Of a stretch of 62,632 nt of DNA, positions 18,474-27,706 are shown piece after piece. How positions within the stretch are numbered: the stretch's first letter is position 1; each line of letters opens with the position of its first letter. The notes beneath the pieces were generated by a model. That model had not been told where the DNA came from. It worked only from the letters and a program-made list of their open reading frames with translations, and ran no database searches. Location of the stretch: assembly GCA_033720715.1 (NCBI GenBank), contig JAWWBZ010000001.1, positions 1 through 62,632 of the forward strand. The letters are read 5' to 3'. The translations under genes and the position numbers were made by a program. Origin of the DNA: Nitrosopumilaceae archaeon (lineage in GTDB: Archaea; Thermoproteota; Nitrososphaeria; Nitrososphaerales; Nitrosopumilaceae).

Positions 18474-18893
18474 TTATTCCCCAATAATCTGTAAAACTAA
18501 ATTTCTTGTTCTGCTTTTTACATCTAATTCTAAAAACACAATTTGTTGCCAAGTTCCCAAGAGCATCTCACCGTTACTAAACGGAATAGTCAAAGATGGT
18601 CCCACTAAAGAGGCTTTTACATGGGAATGACCATTTCCATCATGCCACATTTTTTCATGACGATAATCGAGGTCATTTGGTGCAATTCTGCTTAACATTT
18701 CTGGAAAATCCTTGATTAGGCCAGGCTCAAACTCTATTGTTGTTACCGAACCTGTTGAGCCAGATACAAAAATTGTAACAATCCCATTTGAAACTTCTGA
18801 TTCTCCAATTAATTCAGAAATTTTCTCTGTCAAATCAATCATGTCATTTTCACCTTTTGAACGAATTTGGATGAATTTAGAAATCACAGTCAT
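18474..18893 (-). CDS. YjbQ/UPF0047 family protein (secondary thiamine-phosphate synthase-like)
   Basis: 139-aa ORF with conserved HDGNGHSHVKASLVG and LGTWQQI motifs. Confidence 0.85.
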   Translation of the reverse strand: MTVISKFIQIRSKGENDMIDLTEKISELIGESEVSNGIVTIFVSGSTGSVTTIEFEPGLIKDFPEMLSRIAPNDLDYRHEKMWHDGNGHSHVKASLVGPSLTIPFSNGEMLLGTWQQIVFLELDVKSRTRNLVLQIIGE

Positions 18894-19150
18894 CGCTTAA
18901 CAGATATATCTCTTAGAATTTAAGATTCATCTAAAATATCATTTGTGATTTAATTCTGGTAATATTTCAACTAACAATGGAAAAAATTAACATATTTCAA
19001 ATTTAGTGACTAATATTCAACTTACATAGAAAGTTCTGTTATAATTACAGATTTAAAAAATTGATTTTCCATAGATTCCCAAATAATTTTTGGATAAAAA
19101 ATTGATCTGCAATTATCAAAAATGATCTTCAATAAAAGTAAAAGAAATGA

Positions 19151-19483
19151 TTAGGAGAGGTTGGGTTCAACTTCTATCTGCACAACCCCTCCTTGAAAAG
19201 AGGTTGCAATTGCTCTAACTTTACTCTTATAGAGAAAGTATTTCTTCCCATCATCACTTATGGAACCAGAGATTCCCAGTAGTTTATTATCGTGGAGAGT
19301 TTGTAGTCTTCTATAGACAGTACTAATTGGAATTTTGGTCTCAGCACTTATCTCCATTGCAGATTTTGGTTTTTCCATAGTAATTTCTAAAATTGCTCTA
19401 CAATACTTGTCTGACATTACCTCTAGTATAGCGTCCTTTCTTGAGTCATCTTCAATTTTTCTTCCAGCAACTAATGTTTGCAT
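19151..19483 (-). CDS. ArsR-like winged-helix transcriptional regulator
   Basis: 110-aa ORF with an HTH segment (KSAMEISAETKIPISTVYRRLQTLHDNKLL). Confidence 0.7.
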   Translation of the reverse strand: MQTLVAGRKIEDDSRKDAILEVMSDKYCRAILEITMEKPKSAMEISAETKIPISTVYRRLQTLHDNKLLGISGSISDDGKKYFLYKSKVRAIATSFQGGVVQIEVEPNLS

Positions 19484-19610
19484 GGCTAAATATGGTAAAC
19501 TTTGGATTTAATAGGTCAGTACACAACGCCATGCAGTGCATTACAAATCTAATTTACGGGTAGAAAATCTGGTTTGAGCTTTAAATTGAACATAATTACA
19601 AAATCTATTA

Positions 19611-20045
19611 ATGTCATTCCAAAATATCTTAGTTCCATTTGATCTATCGAATCCTTCTAACGAGGCATTCAAAGTAGCACTTGATTTGGCCCAAAAATAT
19701 GACTCCAAAATCACTCTGATTACTTGTGTTGAAGGGGATGCCTGGCATCATAAATTCTATGATGCAAGAGCAGATAATCAATTATTAAAAGCACAAACTA
19801 AGGTGGCAAAAAAATACATGGAAAAACTAGAAGAAACAGCAAACAAAGTAGGTGTTAAAATTAAATTACAAATTATTAAATCTACTTCAGTTGCAAAAGA
19901 TATTGCAACATTTGCAAAGTCACGCAAAATGGATATTATAGTTATTAGCTCCCATGGAAGAACTGGTTTTGATAAACTAGTTCTAGGAAGCGTAGCAAAC
20001 GGTGTAATTCAAAGAACAAGCGTTCCGGTCCTTTTAATTAAATGA
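19611..20045 (+). CDS. universal stress protein (UspA family)
   Basis: 144-aa ORF with ILVPFD start and C-terminal GSVANGVIQRTSVPVLLIK ATP-binding-type motif. Confidence 0.85.
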   Translation: MSFQNILVPFDLSNPSNEAFKVALDLAQKYDSKITLITCVEGDAWHHKFYDARADNQLLKAQTKVAKKYMEKLEETANKVGVKIKLQIIKSTSVAKDIATFAKSRKMDIIVISSHGRTGFDKLVLGSVANGVIQRTSVPVLLIK

Positions 20046-20057
20046 GATGAGATTTAA

Positions 20058-20957
20058 CTGATCTCAATTATTGGAAGCGGTTTAGTTGGCTCTTCGATAG
20101 CTTTTCTTTGTGCAGTAAATTCTTTAGATGATATAGTTTTACTAAATCGTACAAAAAGCAAAGCATTGGGAGAGTCTTTAGATATTTCCAATGCAATCCC
20201 AAAAAATTCTGATATTATAATTAAAGGAACAGATGATTATTCAGAAATAACAGATTCAAAATTAATTATTATTGCTGCTAGTACCGGAGTTTATTCGAAA
20301 AATCGTAATGAAATAATTGATTCACAAGTTGAAATGATAAAAAAAATTGGAAAGGAAATCAAAGAGAATTGTTCATCTCCACTAACTTTGATTGTATCAA
20401 ATCCTGTGGATGTTTTGACATTTTATTTTCAAAAAGAAACCAAAATTCCACGAACTAAGGTAATTGGGATTGCATCCAGTTTGGATTCTAGCAGATTTAG
20501 ATTAAAACTTTCTCAAAAATTAAATATCAAAAATTCCCAGATATCTGATGCAATTGTTCTAGGAGAACATGGAGATTCGATGGTTCCTATCTTCTCTAGA
20601 GTAAAAATTGATGGGAAGAACCTCTCAGAGATAGACTCAAAGATAAAAGCGGAAATTTCAAAGAAAATTCGTGATTATTGGATTTCCTTAAGAAACTACA
20701 AAAGTAGATCACAATTTGGGATTGCAAAAAATACTTTTGACGTTATTGAGACAATAGTGAAAAATCAAGAAATTTCTATTCCAGCCTCAGTTGTACTGGA
20801 TGGTGAATATGGTGAAAAAGAAGTTAGTATGGGAGTTCCTGTTACCATCAATGCAAATGGTATTTCTAAAATTCAAGAAATTAATTTGAATCAATTAGAA
20901 CAAGAGTTACTCAAATTATCAGCTAAAACTATTAGAGAAAATATCAAAACTATCTAG
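20058..20957 (+). CDS. mdh: malate/L-lactate dehydrogenase family protein (probable malate dehydrogenase); start assigned to CTG 20058 because the Rossmann motif precedes the first canonical start
   Basis: Track ORF starts at TTG 20166, but the in-frame upstream codons read (L/M)ISIIGSGLVGSSIAFLCA, the GxGxxG dinucleotide fold. Downstream: SNPVD, LDSSRFR, GEHGDS catalytic His. Confidence 0.75.
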   Translation: MISIIGSGLVGSSIAFLCAVNSLDDIVLLNRTKSKALGESLDISNAIPKNSDIIIKGTDDYSEITDSKLIIIAASTGVYSKNRNEIIDSQVEMIKKIGKEIKENCSSPLTLIVSNPVDVLTFYFQKETKIPRTKVIGIASSLDSSRFRLKLSQKLNIKNSQISDAIVLGEHGDSMVPIFSRVKIDGKNLSEIDSKIKAEISKKIRDYWISLRNYKSRSQFGIAKNTFDVIETIVKNQEISIPASVVLDGEYGEKEVSMGVPVTINANGISKIQEINLNQLEQELLKLSAKTIRENIKTI

Positions 20958-20958
20958 A

Positions 20959-21639
20959 TTATAGTACCAAACTTAGTGCATTACCAACAAAATAGGCTAC
21001 CAGTGCAGCTCCACCACCAATTAATATTGTATAAAATCCTGATCTAAGTTTATTTTTTCTAACAATTTTTCCTTTGATAATACCTACAATAAAAAATGCA
21101 GATATAACAAAAATAGTTGAATAGAAAAAAGCCTCTGAATTTGGATCTATTCCCAAGGCAATAAAAATCATAAATGGAATTAAAGGGATTATTCCAATTA
21201 CATTAAATCCTACAAAGGTACTAAATGAACTATCCAAAGGTCTCTTTTCATCTTCAATTAATCCTAATTCTTCTTTCATCATAGTATCTACCCAAACTTT
21301 TCTTCTAGATGTTATTATCCGTACAATCTCCTCCAATAATTCATCCTTGAATCCTTTCTTTGTGTAAATGTCACGAATTTCCTCTTTTTCTTGTTCTTCT
21401 AGATTATCTATTTCCCATTCTTCTTGTTTTCTTTTCATTTCAATGTACTCATTTTTTGCTTTGGATGCTTGATAATTTGCAGCTGCCATTGAGAATCCAT
21501 CTGCAAATAAATTGGCAAATCCGAGAATCAAAATTATTCCTGGTGATAGAGAAGCACCAACAACTCCAGCAACTATTGCAAAAGTTGTAACTGCACCATC
21601 TATTGAACCGTAAATAAAATCATCAAAGTGCCATTTCAT
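20959..21639 (-). CDS. VIT1/CCC1-family iron/manganese transporter
   Basis: 226-aa ORF with N-terminal FIYGSIDGAVTTFAIVAGVVGA, a central acidic cytoplasmic helix bundle and C-terminal TMs. Confidence 0.85.
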   Translation of the reverse strand: MKWHFDDFIYGSIDGAVTTFAIVAGVVGASLSPGIILILGFANLFADGFSMAAANYQASKAKNEYIEMKRKQEEWEIDNLEEQEKEEIRDIYTKKGFKDELLEEIVRIITSRRKVWVDTMMKEELGLIEDEKRPLDSSFSTFVGFNVIGIIPLIPFMIFIALGIDPNSEAFFYSTIFVISAFFIVGIIKGKIVRKNKLRSGFYTILIGGGAALVAYFVGNALSLVL

Positions 21640-21684
21640 TACATTTAATCATCAATTTTCATTTTTTAATTTATTAAAAAATTT

Positions 21685-22509
21685 TCAATTAATCAAAGCC
21701 CTAACTATGTCAGTTTTACTTATGATTCCTGCAATATCGCCATTTCCATCAAGCACCACTAGACCGCTAACATTATTATCAAGAATTAGTTTACAGGCAT
21801 TTGTTAATTTTTCATTAAATTTTATGGAAATTATTCCCTTACTCATTACCTCTCTTGCTAGAGAAATGTCTCCAAATCCCTCTTCAGATAGAAAACCTTT
21901 CCTAATTTGGTCTGAAATTGTAAATCCAGAATCACCCTCCTCACTACCTAATTCTAATGAAATTCTAAAAAGGTCCCTAAACGAAATAACTCCTACAGCT
22001 TCTTCATTTTGATTTTTTACAATAATTCTGGAGACTTTGTTTTCAAGCATTTTCTTTACAACCTTGAATAAAGGCGCTGCAGAATGGGTGAAAATATAGT
22101 CGTGTGTCATATAGTCAACTACTTTTTTATCAGATGGATTTTCAAGGAAATATTTCACAAGGTCTGTTTTGGTAAATATCCCTCGAATATCTTCAACTGA
22201 ACCTAGAGTAAGTGAGCTGACTCCCCTCTCAATCATTAATTTGGCAGATTCTTTTGGATTTATTTCCTCACCCACATACAAAATTGGTTTCATAATTTTA
22301 TCTAAAGAAATATCATCTAATCCCTGTTTTGAGGTCTCAGAAAATAGAAACAATCCAATATCTTTTTCAGTAATTATTCCAACTGGATTTCCATTTTCTA
22401 CAACTATCAACCTACTAAGTTTTGATTCTAATAATTTTCTTATTACATCAGATAAACTTGAATTTTTTAAAATGGTTATAGGTTTGTTACTAATTTTAAT
22501 CGACAACAA
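21685..22509 (-). CDS. CBS-domain protein (four tandem CBS motifs)
   Basis: 274-aa ORF with repeated ...G(I/V)(I/V)(T/S)xxD(I/L)... CBS signatures (GIITEKDI, GIFTKTDL, GVISFRDL, GIISKTDI). Confidence 0.85.
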   Translation of the reverse strand: MLSIKISNKPITILKNSSLSDVIRKLLESKLSRLIVVENGNPVGIITEKDIGLFLFSETSKQGLDDISLDKIMKPILYVGEEINPKESAKLMIERGVSSLTLGSVEDIRGIFTKTDLVKYFLENPSDKKVVDYMTHDYIFTHSAAPLFKVVKKMLENKVSRIIVKNQNEEAVGVISFRDLFRISLELGSEEGDSGFTISDQIRKGFLSEEGFGDISLAREVMSKGIISIKFNEKLTNACKLILDNNVSGLVVLDGNGDIAGIISKTDIVRALIN

Positions 22510-22645
22510 TAAACGAATTTTTAATCTCTATAAAAAGATCAACTTAATTTTCAGTAATGATTGTTATTCAAAAATTTTGAACGATAAAATTCCAAAACTG
22601 AAAATCATAGTCTTCTTATATATTTGAATAACTATCAAGTCAATT

Positions 22646-23071
22646 ATGGCAAAATTCAAAAAAATCCTTGTTCCAATAGATGGATCTAAGAATGCCACAA
22701 GAGGATTAGACAGAGCAATCGAAATTGCAAAAGAAAGTGGAGCCGAAATAACAGGATTTTACGTATTCCATTTGCCAATTCTTGCAGGAATAAAATATAC
22801 TCAAAAAATGAAGGAAGAGGCCCAACAAAAAGCTGTTAAAGCCATAGGCCCAGCAATGAAACGAGCTCAGCAAGCAGGTGCAACTTTCAAGTATAAAACT
22901 GGGGGCGGTCACACAGGAAAAGAGATTGTCAAATTTGCTGAAAAAGGAAAATATGACATGATCGTTATCGGAGCAAGAGGAATGGGAGCAGCCCAAGAAG
23001 CAATTCATTTTGGTAGTACCTCTAATTATGTAATGCACAAAACAAAAATCCCTGTTTTAGTGGTAAAGTAA
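22646..23071 (+). CDS. universal stress protein (UspA family)
   Basis: 141-aa ORF with ILVPIDGS start and a GSTSNYVMHKTKIPVLVVK tail. Confidence 0.85.
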   Translation: MAKFKKILVPIDGSKNATRGLDRAIEIAKESGAEITGFYVFHLPILAGIKYTQKMKEEAQQKAVKAIGPAMKRAQQAGATFKYKTGGGHTGKEIVKFAEKGKYDMIVIGARGMGAAQEAIHFGSTSNYVMHKTKIPVLVVK

Positions 23072-23077
23072 AAACTT

Positions 23078-23098
23078 GTGGGCTAACCCACCATTTTT
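23078..23098 (+). terminator. hairpin plus T-tract terminator candidate after usp
   Basis: GTGGG-CTAA-CCCAC followed by CATTTTTC, starting 7 nt after the stop codon. Confidence 0.4.
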
Positions 23099-23218
23099 CT
23101 AGTATCTTCCAATTTTTTTTAACTAACTGGCAATTATTTTTTAATAATGAATTCTTCATATTCAGTAAAGGATTAAGTTGGAAAAGAATTGAATTAATTC
23201 AAAAAATCTGTGGTGAGT

Positions 23219-24355
23219 ATGGTAGAAAGTAATTATGATATTTTAGGAGTTTCTGAAGGCTCGTCTGAAACTGAAATTCGTGATGGATTTAGAAGATTAG
23301 CTTTACAATTCCATTCAGATAAAGGAGGGGATAATGAACAATTCATAAAAATAAAACAGGCATATGAAGACCTAAAAATCGGAAAAAAATATCCAGATAC
23401 TGATACTGAACGATTAAGAAAATCACGAGTATATACAGGAGATTCTGAAGAAGATATTAGAAGAAAAAACCAAATTTTAGGAAAAGAACTCTCTAAAGAA
23501 ATGAAATTAGCTCAAGAATGGGCAGCTGCTTTGAATCGAACTAATTCAACTGCAACCAGATTATTTGGTTCAAAAACTTTGGGTGAAATAGAATTAGAAA
23601 GAAAAGCAAATGGTGCATTGTCCATAAAGGGAAATTTTATGGCTGGAGAACTGGAATATGATGGTCCAATAATCATGCAAGGGAATATTACAAGTCCATC
23701 ATGGACAAAGGAATACCAGACGAATATCCGTGTTTCAAATGGAGATTTCAAATTTGTTGATCCAATTGAAAATAAATACAAAATTGAAAATGGTGCAAAA
23801 TTAGTTGTAGAAAATGGAAATGCAGTAATTGGAAACGTTTTTGGGAGAAAATACAAAGTACAAGATGCATCAGGAAAGGTTGGGGTATATGTTACACAGG
23901 AACACCGAACGCAAATTTTAGCTCCTCGTGGAAAAATAATTGTGGAAAATGTTGTGAATACAGTTTCCCTTGATGCTGACTCAATAATTGCACTTAACCT
24001 TGAAGATGATGTCAAAATTAGTGGAAGAGAAATCTTACTTTATGGAAGTAAGGTAACTTATGACGTTGAAATAAATTTGAAAAAAGATGGAATTTTAAGA
24101 TTTTTTGAAACCTTTTCGGTTCAAGGAATTAGTAACGATGCAAAAATTAAATTAGAAAATGGAAAACAAATTCGTTTGTTTGATATCAAAACCAAAAAAA
24201 TCAAAGATTTAGCAGATGAATTTGTTCCTGATAAATCCAAATATGCTAAAGATGATACAATGGTTGGAAAAGGATTCACGATCACATACAAAATGTTGGA
24301 AAACCTTGACAAAAAACCAACCAAATCTAGGTGGAAATTTGGGTTCAAGAAGTAA
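23219..24355 (+). CDS. J-domain protein with degenerate HPD (HSD) and a long beta-rich C-terminal domain
   Basis: N-terminus YDILGVSEGSSETEIRDGFRRLALQFHSDKGG...IKQAYEDL is a DnaJ J-domain. The remaining ~300 aa are repetitive and beta-strand-like. Track start is GTG 23210; ATG 23219 is preferred. Confidence 0.7.
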   Translation: MVESNYDILGVSEGSSETEIRDGFRRLALQFHSDKGGDNEQFIKIKQAYEDLKIGKKYPDTDTERLRKSRVYTGDSEEDIRRKNQILGKELSKEMKLAQEWAAALNRTNSTATRLFGSKTLGEIELERKANGALSIKGNFMAGELEYDGPIIMQGNITSPSWTKEYQTNIRVSNGDFKFVDPIENKYKIENGAKLVVENGNAVIGNVFGRKYKVQDASGKVGVYVTQEHRTQILAPRGKIIVENVVNTVSLDADSIIALNLEDDVKISGREILLYGSKVTYDVEINLKKDGILRFFETFSVQGISNDAKIKLENGKQIRLFDIKTKKIKDLADEFVPDKSKYAKDDTMVGKGFTITYKMLENLDKKPTKSRWKFGFKK

Positions 24356-24457
24356 AACTTGAAATCTTATCCCAATTTGTATTAGATTTTATCACAAATT
24401 ATCGTCCTGATAATAATCAAAGACTTGATATTCAAAGGATAAGTAAAAAGAATTGAA

Positions 24458-26218
24458 TTGGCAATATCTTTTGCTTTAAATAAAAAATTAATTCTTTTAG
24501 TGATGCTTGTATCGATTATTGCCTTATCAATTACAGCATTTTTGAGTTTTAACTATGCTGAGCAAATTCTTAAAGAAAGGACTGGTGAACAACTATTTGG
24601 AGAATCCAGTATACGTGGAGAGACTGTTAGACTTCTTCTTGATACTCGTATTGAACAGAATGAAATAATTACAACGGATCCTATGATTCGAATTCTTGTT
24701 AAAGAACTTAATGCAACTCCAGAAAATCAGATCAAAGAATCAATAGAAAGTAAGAGAAGAGATTTTCTAACCCAAATTCAAGCTTTTCAAACTTTAATTG
24801 GATTTTCCATAGGCTTTGAAGATGTAAAAATTTTAGGGAAAAATGGAGATGTTTATTTTTCCCTTGGGAGAACTGAAAAAGAAAATTACTTTAATGATCC
24901 TCTGTTCCAGAAAGGATTAAAATCCTCATTTGTAGATTTTGAACCATTTCAAAACAGCAAAAAAATGATTGTAGTTTCCCCAATTTATTCTGAGGATAGT
25001 AAAATTGGAGATGAACCAATTGGAGTTATTATTTCTCGAATGCGTACTGCAGCTCTTGATAATATTTTGTTAAATAGAAGTGGTCTAGGTGATTCAGGAG
25101 AAATCTATATTGTAAACAAGGACTTTTTGATGTTATCAGAATCACGATTCATTGAAAATACAATATTTACACAAAAAGTAAACACAATAGGTGTTCAAAA
25201 ATGCTTTGATGAAGGAGTAAACTATGAGGGTCTATATCTGGACTATCGAGGTATCCCAATTTATGGGTCAACTTACTGTGCAAATGATTTAGGCTTTGTT
25301 TTACTTGCAGAAATTGACGAAGAAGAAACAATTCAACCTATTGTAACTCTTCAAGAAAGAATTTTTGAAACTGGAATTCTTATCACAACTGGTATGGCAA
25401 TAATTGCCTTTATCATCTCAAGGACATTATCTAAGCCATTAATTAAATTAAAAAATGCAGCAAATACCATAGCTGAAGGAAATTTCGAAGTAAGGACCAA
25501 GATCAATACCTCCGATGAGATAGGTGAACTTTCCCATGCTTTTGATTCTATGGCACAAAAACTTCAGGAATCTCTCATCGAAATTAAAGAAAAAGAGGAT
25601 GTAATCAAACAACAAGAAGATATTCTTTTACAATTCTCAGATTATAGTGAAAAATATTGTGTTTGTATGGTCGATATAATGAATTCTACAAAAATAACCT
25701 CTAAATTAACTGATGAGCAAACAAGTGAGTTTTATAGAATTTTTTTGAATTCAATAGCATTAACAGTAAGGAACTTTGGCGGAATTGTTGTAAAAAATAT
25801 TGGAGATGCTTTGCTATTCTATTTTCCAGTATTACACTCTGAAAAAGATCTTACCATAAAAAAATGTCTTAATTGTTGTTTAACTTTAGGCGAAACACGC
25901 AAAAATATCCTAGACCAATTACACAAACACAACCTTCCGTCTTTTGATTATAGAACTAGTGCTACTTTTGGAATTGTAAGGATTGCTAGAACCTCTACCT
26001 CATCAGTTAACGATATTTTTGGAGCAACCGTTAATAGATGTGCCAAAATCAATAGATCTGCCCCAGCAAATGGGTTGATTATAGGAGAAGAATTTTATGA
26101 AAATGCCAAACATCTGGATGGTTATGTCTATAAGAGAATAGAAAGTGAAATTGTTTCTCCAGAACATGGTTATGTTGGATATGTTGTATCCAGAAAGCCG
26201 GCAGGGATCCAAAAATAA
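24458..26218 (+). CDS. membrane sensor: extracytoplasmic Cache-like domain, HAMP, class III nucleotidyl cyclase domain
   Basis: 586-aa ORF from TTG. TM1, periplasmic-type domain (YLDYRGIPIYG...LLAEID), TM2, HAMP (SKPLIKLKNAANTIAEGNF...DEIGELSHAFDSMAQKL), and a cyclase core (MVDIMNSTK, VVKNIGDALLFYF, GATVNRCAKI). Confidence 0.8.
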   Translation: MAISFALNKKLILLVMLVSIIALSITAFLSFNYAEQILKERTGEQLFGESSIRGETVRLLLDTRIEQNEIITTDPMIRILVKELNATPENQIKESIESKRRDFLTQIQAFQTLIGFSIGFEDVKILGKNGDVYFSLGRTEKENYFNDPLFQKGLKSSFVDFEPFQNSKKMIVVSPIYSEDSKIGDEPIGVIISRMRTAALDNILLNRSGLGDSGEIYIVNKDFLMLSESRFIENTIFTQKVNTIGVQKCFDEGVNYEGLYLDYRGIPIYGSTYCANDLGFVLLAEIDEEETIQPIVTLQERIFETGILITTGMAIIAFIISRTLSKPLIKLKNAANTIAEGNFEVRTKINTSDEIGELSHAFDSMAQKLQESLIEIKEKEDVIKQQEDILLQFSDYSEKYCVCMVDIMNSTKITSKLTDEQTSEFYRIFLNSIALTVRNFGGIVVKNIGDALLFYFPVLHSEKDLTIKKCLNCCLTLGETRKNILDQLHKHNLPSFDYRTSATFGIVRIARTSTSSVNDIFGATVNRCAKINRSAPANGLIIGEEFYENAKHLDGYVYKRIESEIVSPEHGYVGYVVSRKPAGIQK

Positions 26219-26233
26219 AAAAATAATCTTAAA

Positions 26234-26560
26234 TCAAATCGTATCAACTGATTTATCTTTTGTAGAGATATCATACGATTCTTCTACATTTGTGACAAAA
26301 ATCTTTCCATCCCCTTTATTACCTGTGTGAGCTGAATTCATTATTGCTGAAATTACAGAATTTACTTGTGAATCTTTTACTATAGTAATAATTATGTCAG
26401 TAGAATTAAATTCGATTTGTTTTCCAGCTATTTCTGGTCTATATCCAGCTCCTTGGCCTAAAGACTCTATCAAGGTAACTCCTCCTACCCCTGTATCTCT
26501 TACTGCTTTTACAACTTTTCTGGAGACTTCACTTTGGACCACTGCTTCAATTTTTTTCAT
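26234..26560 (-). CDS. PII-family nitrogen regulatory protein (GlnB-like)
   Basis: MKKIEAVV start (third in-frame Met; the track ORF extends to 26584). B-loop TGNKGDGKIFV. Short T-loop region GQGAGYRPEIAGK. Confidence 0.8.
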   Translation of the reverse strand: MKKIEAVVQSEVSRKVVKAVRDTGVGGVTLIESLGQGAGYRPEIAGKQIEFNSTDIIITIVKDSQVNSVISAIMNSAHTGNKGDGKIFVTNVEESYDISTKDKSVDTI

Positions 26561-26678
26561 GAATTTTTTCATTAAAGTTTCCATTTAAAAATACCTTTAA
26601 TTTTATTCTCAAATGTGAATCTCAAAAAGAGTAATCAACCAAATCTTATATGAGTTCAAGAAGGAAAATCATTATGAA

Positions 26679-27665
26679 ATGAATCTTTTCCCTGTAATTT
26701 TTGTAATCTGTCTTACAAGTTTAGTTTGCACAAGCAATGCTGATGAATATATTGTCGATATTCCTTATGGTGCTTTCAATCCTGAACTAAATACTCCAGC
26801 AGAAGTCTGGTATAATCCTCCAGTAATTTCAATATCTGTGGCTGATTCAATTATTTGGTATAATGATGACAGAGAAGGTCATACAGTAACCTCTGGGGAT
26901 GGGTCAGGAAGATTTGGGTGGATGAGTGATAATTTTGGAACACCAAATGGGTACTTTGACAGTGGAAGATTCATGCCTGGTGAATCATGGTCCTACAAAT
27001 TTGAGAATGCTGGTACCTTTTCATATTTTTGCACAATTCATCCCTGGATGGAAGGAGTTGTTATTGTTGAAAAAGAAATTCCAGATTATCCCCATGATGC
27101 AACAGGTCAAAAAATTGAATTTCCTCTTTTACAATATACACCAGACCAAAGAATAGAGGTAAATCTTACTTGGGATCCTCCAATTATCAAAACACACGAG
27201 AAAATTCAATTTGTCTACCAATTCTACGACCCTGAAACAAATTCAAATTTAGCCAGAATGCAATATGATTTTATAATTTTTCAAAATGGGAAAGAGATTT
27301 TCCGGGATGAAGGTTTAAACCAAATTGGTGGAGATTACAGGAATTTTGTATTTGACGAATCAGGTTCTATAATAATTAGAATTCAAGGAATTCAAACTGC
27401 TTCTCTTTTGGCAGAAGAAAGTGTTACAGTAGGAGGATCTATTGAAAACCAAAGACAACGATCTGTTGATTTTACTGGAGTAGTTTATGATAATCCAGAA
27501 AAAACTTCACATGAAGTTTACCACATTAAACCTGCACAAAGATTGGAATTTTATTATGAAATGGCAATGGCAATAATTTTAGTTCCTGCAGCAATGTTTA
27601 TTGGAATAATTATCTGGCTTAAACGGTCCCCAAAAACCTCAGCTGGAAAATATAGTGCTGTTTAA
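26679..27665 (+). CDS. blue (type 1) copper protein with an additional beta-rich domain and C-terminal TM anchor
   Basis: Signal peptide, ligands in EGHTVTSG and YFCTIHPWMEG. Paralogue of 2680..3459 in the cupredoxin part only. Confidence 0.8.
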   Translation: MNLFPVIFVICLTSLVCTSNADEYIVDIPYGAFNPELNTPAEVWYNPPVISISVADSIIWYNDDREGHTVTSGDGSGRFGWMSDNFGTPNGYFDSGRFMPGESWSYKFENAGTFSYFCTIHPWMEGVVIVEKEIPDYPHDATGQKIEFPLLQYTPDQRIEVNLTWDPPIIKTHEKIQFVYQFYDPETNSNLARMQYDFIIFQNGKEIFRDEGLNQIGGDYRNFVFDESGSIIIRIQGIQTASLLAEESVTVGGSIENQRQRSVDFTGVVYDNPEKTSHEVYHIKPAQRLEFYYEMAMAIILVPAAMFIGIIIWLKRSPKTSAGKYSAV

Positions 27666-27706
27666 TTTTAAGAAAATAAAAATAAATTAAAATTGATTGA
27701 ATTCGA

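Noticed and set aside
19611-20957. Possible usp-mdh read-through fusion, because the two genes are in the same frame
   Set aside because: Two in-frame stops (TGA 20043-20045 and TAA 20055-20057) separate them. A fusion would need double read-through. Independent non-canonical initiation at 20058 is simpler.
22545-22605. 9-bp inverted repeat ATTTTCAGT ... ACTGAAAAT, separated by ~37 bp, between the CBS-domain gene and usp
   Set aside because: The arms are short, AT-rich and widely spaced. It is plausibly chance and not strong enough to call a regulatory element.
23512-24015. 167-aa ORF antisense to the J-domain protein gene
   Set aside because: It lies entirely inside a better-supported CDS on the other strand and has Ser/Phe/Pro-rich low-complexity composition, typical of shadow ORFs in AT-rich coding DNA. 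The same reasoning applies to 22169..22627, 21707..22012, 45122..45484, 45524..45883, 61034..61405, 10909..11256, 17995..18300 and the other short antisense ORFs in the track.
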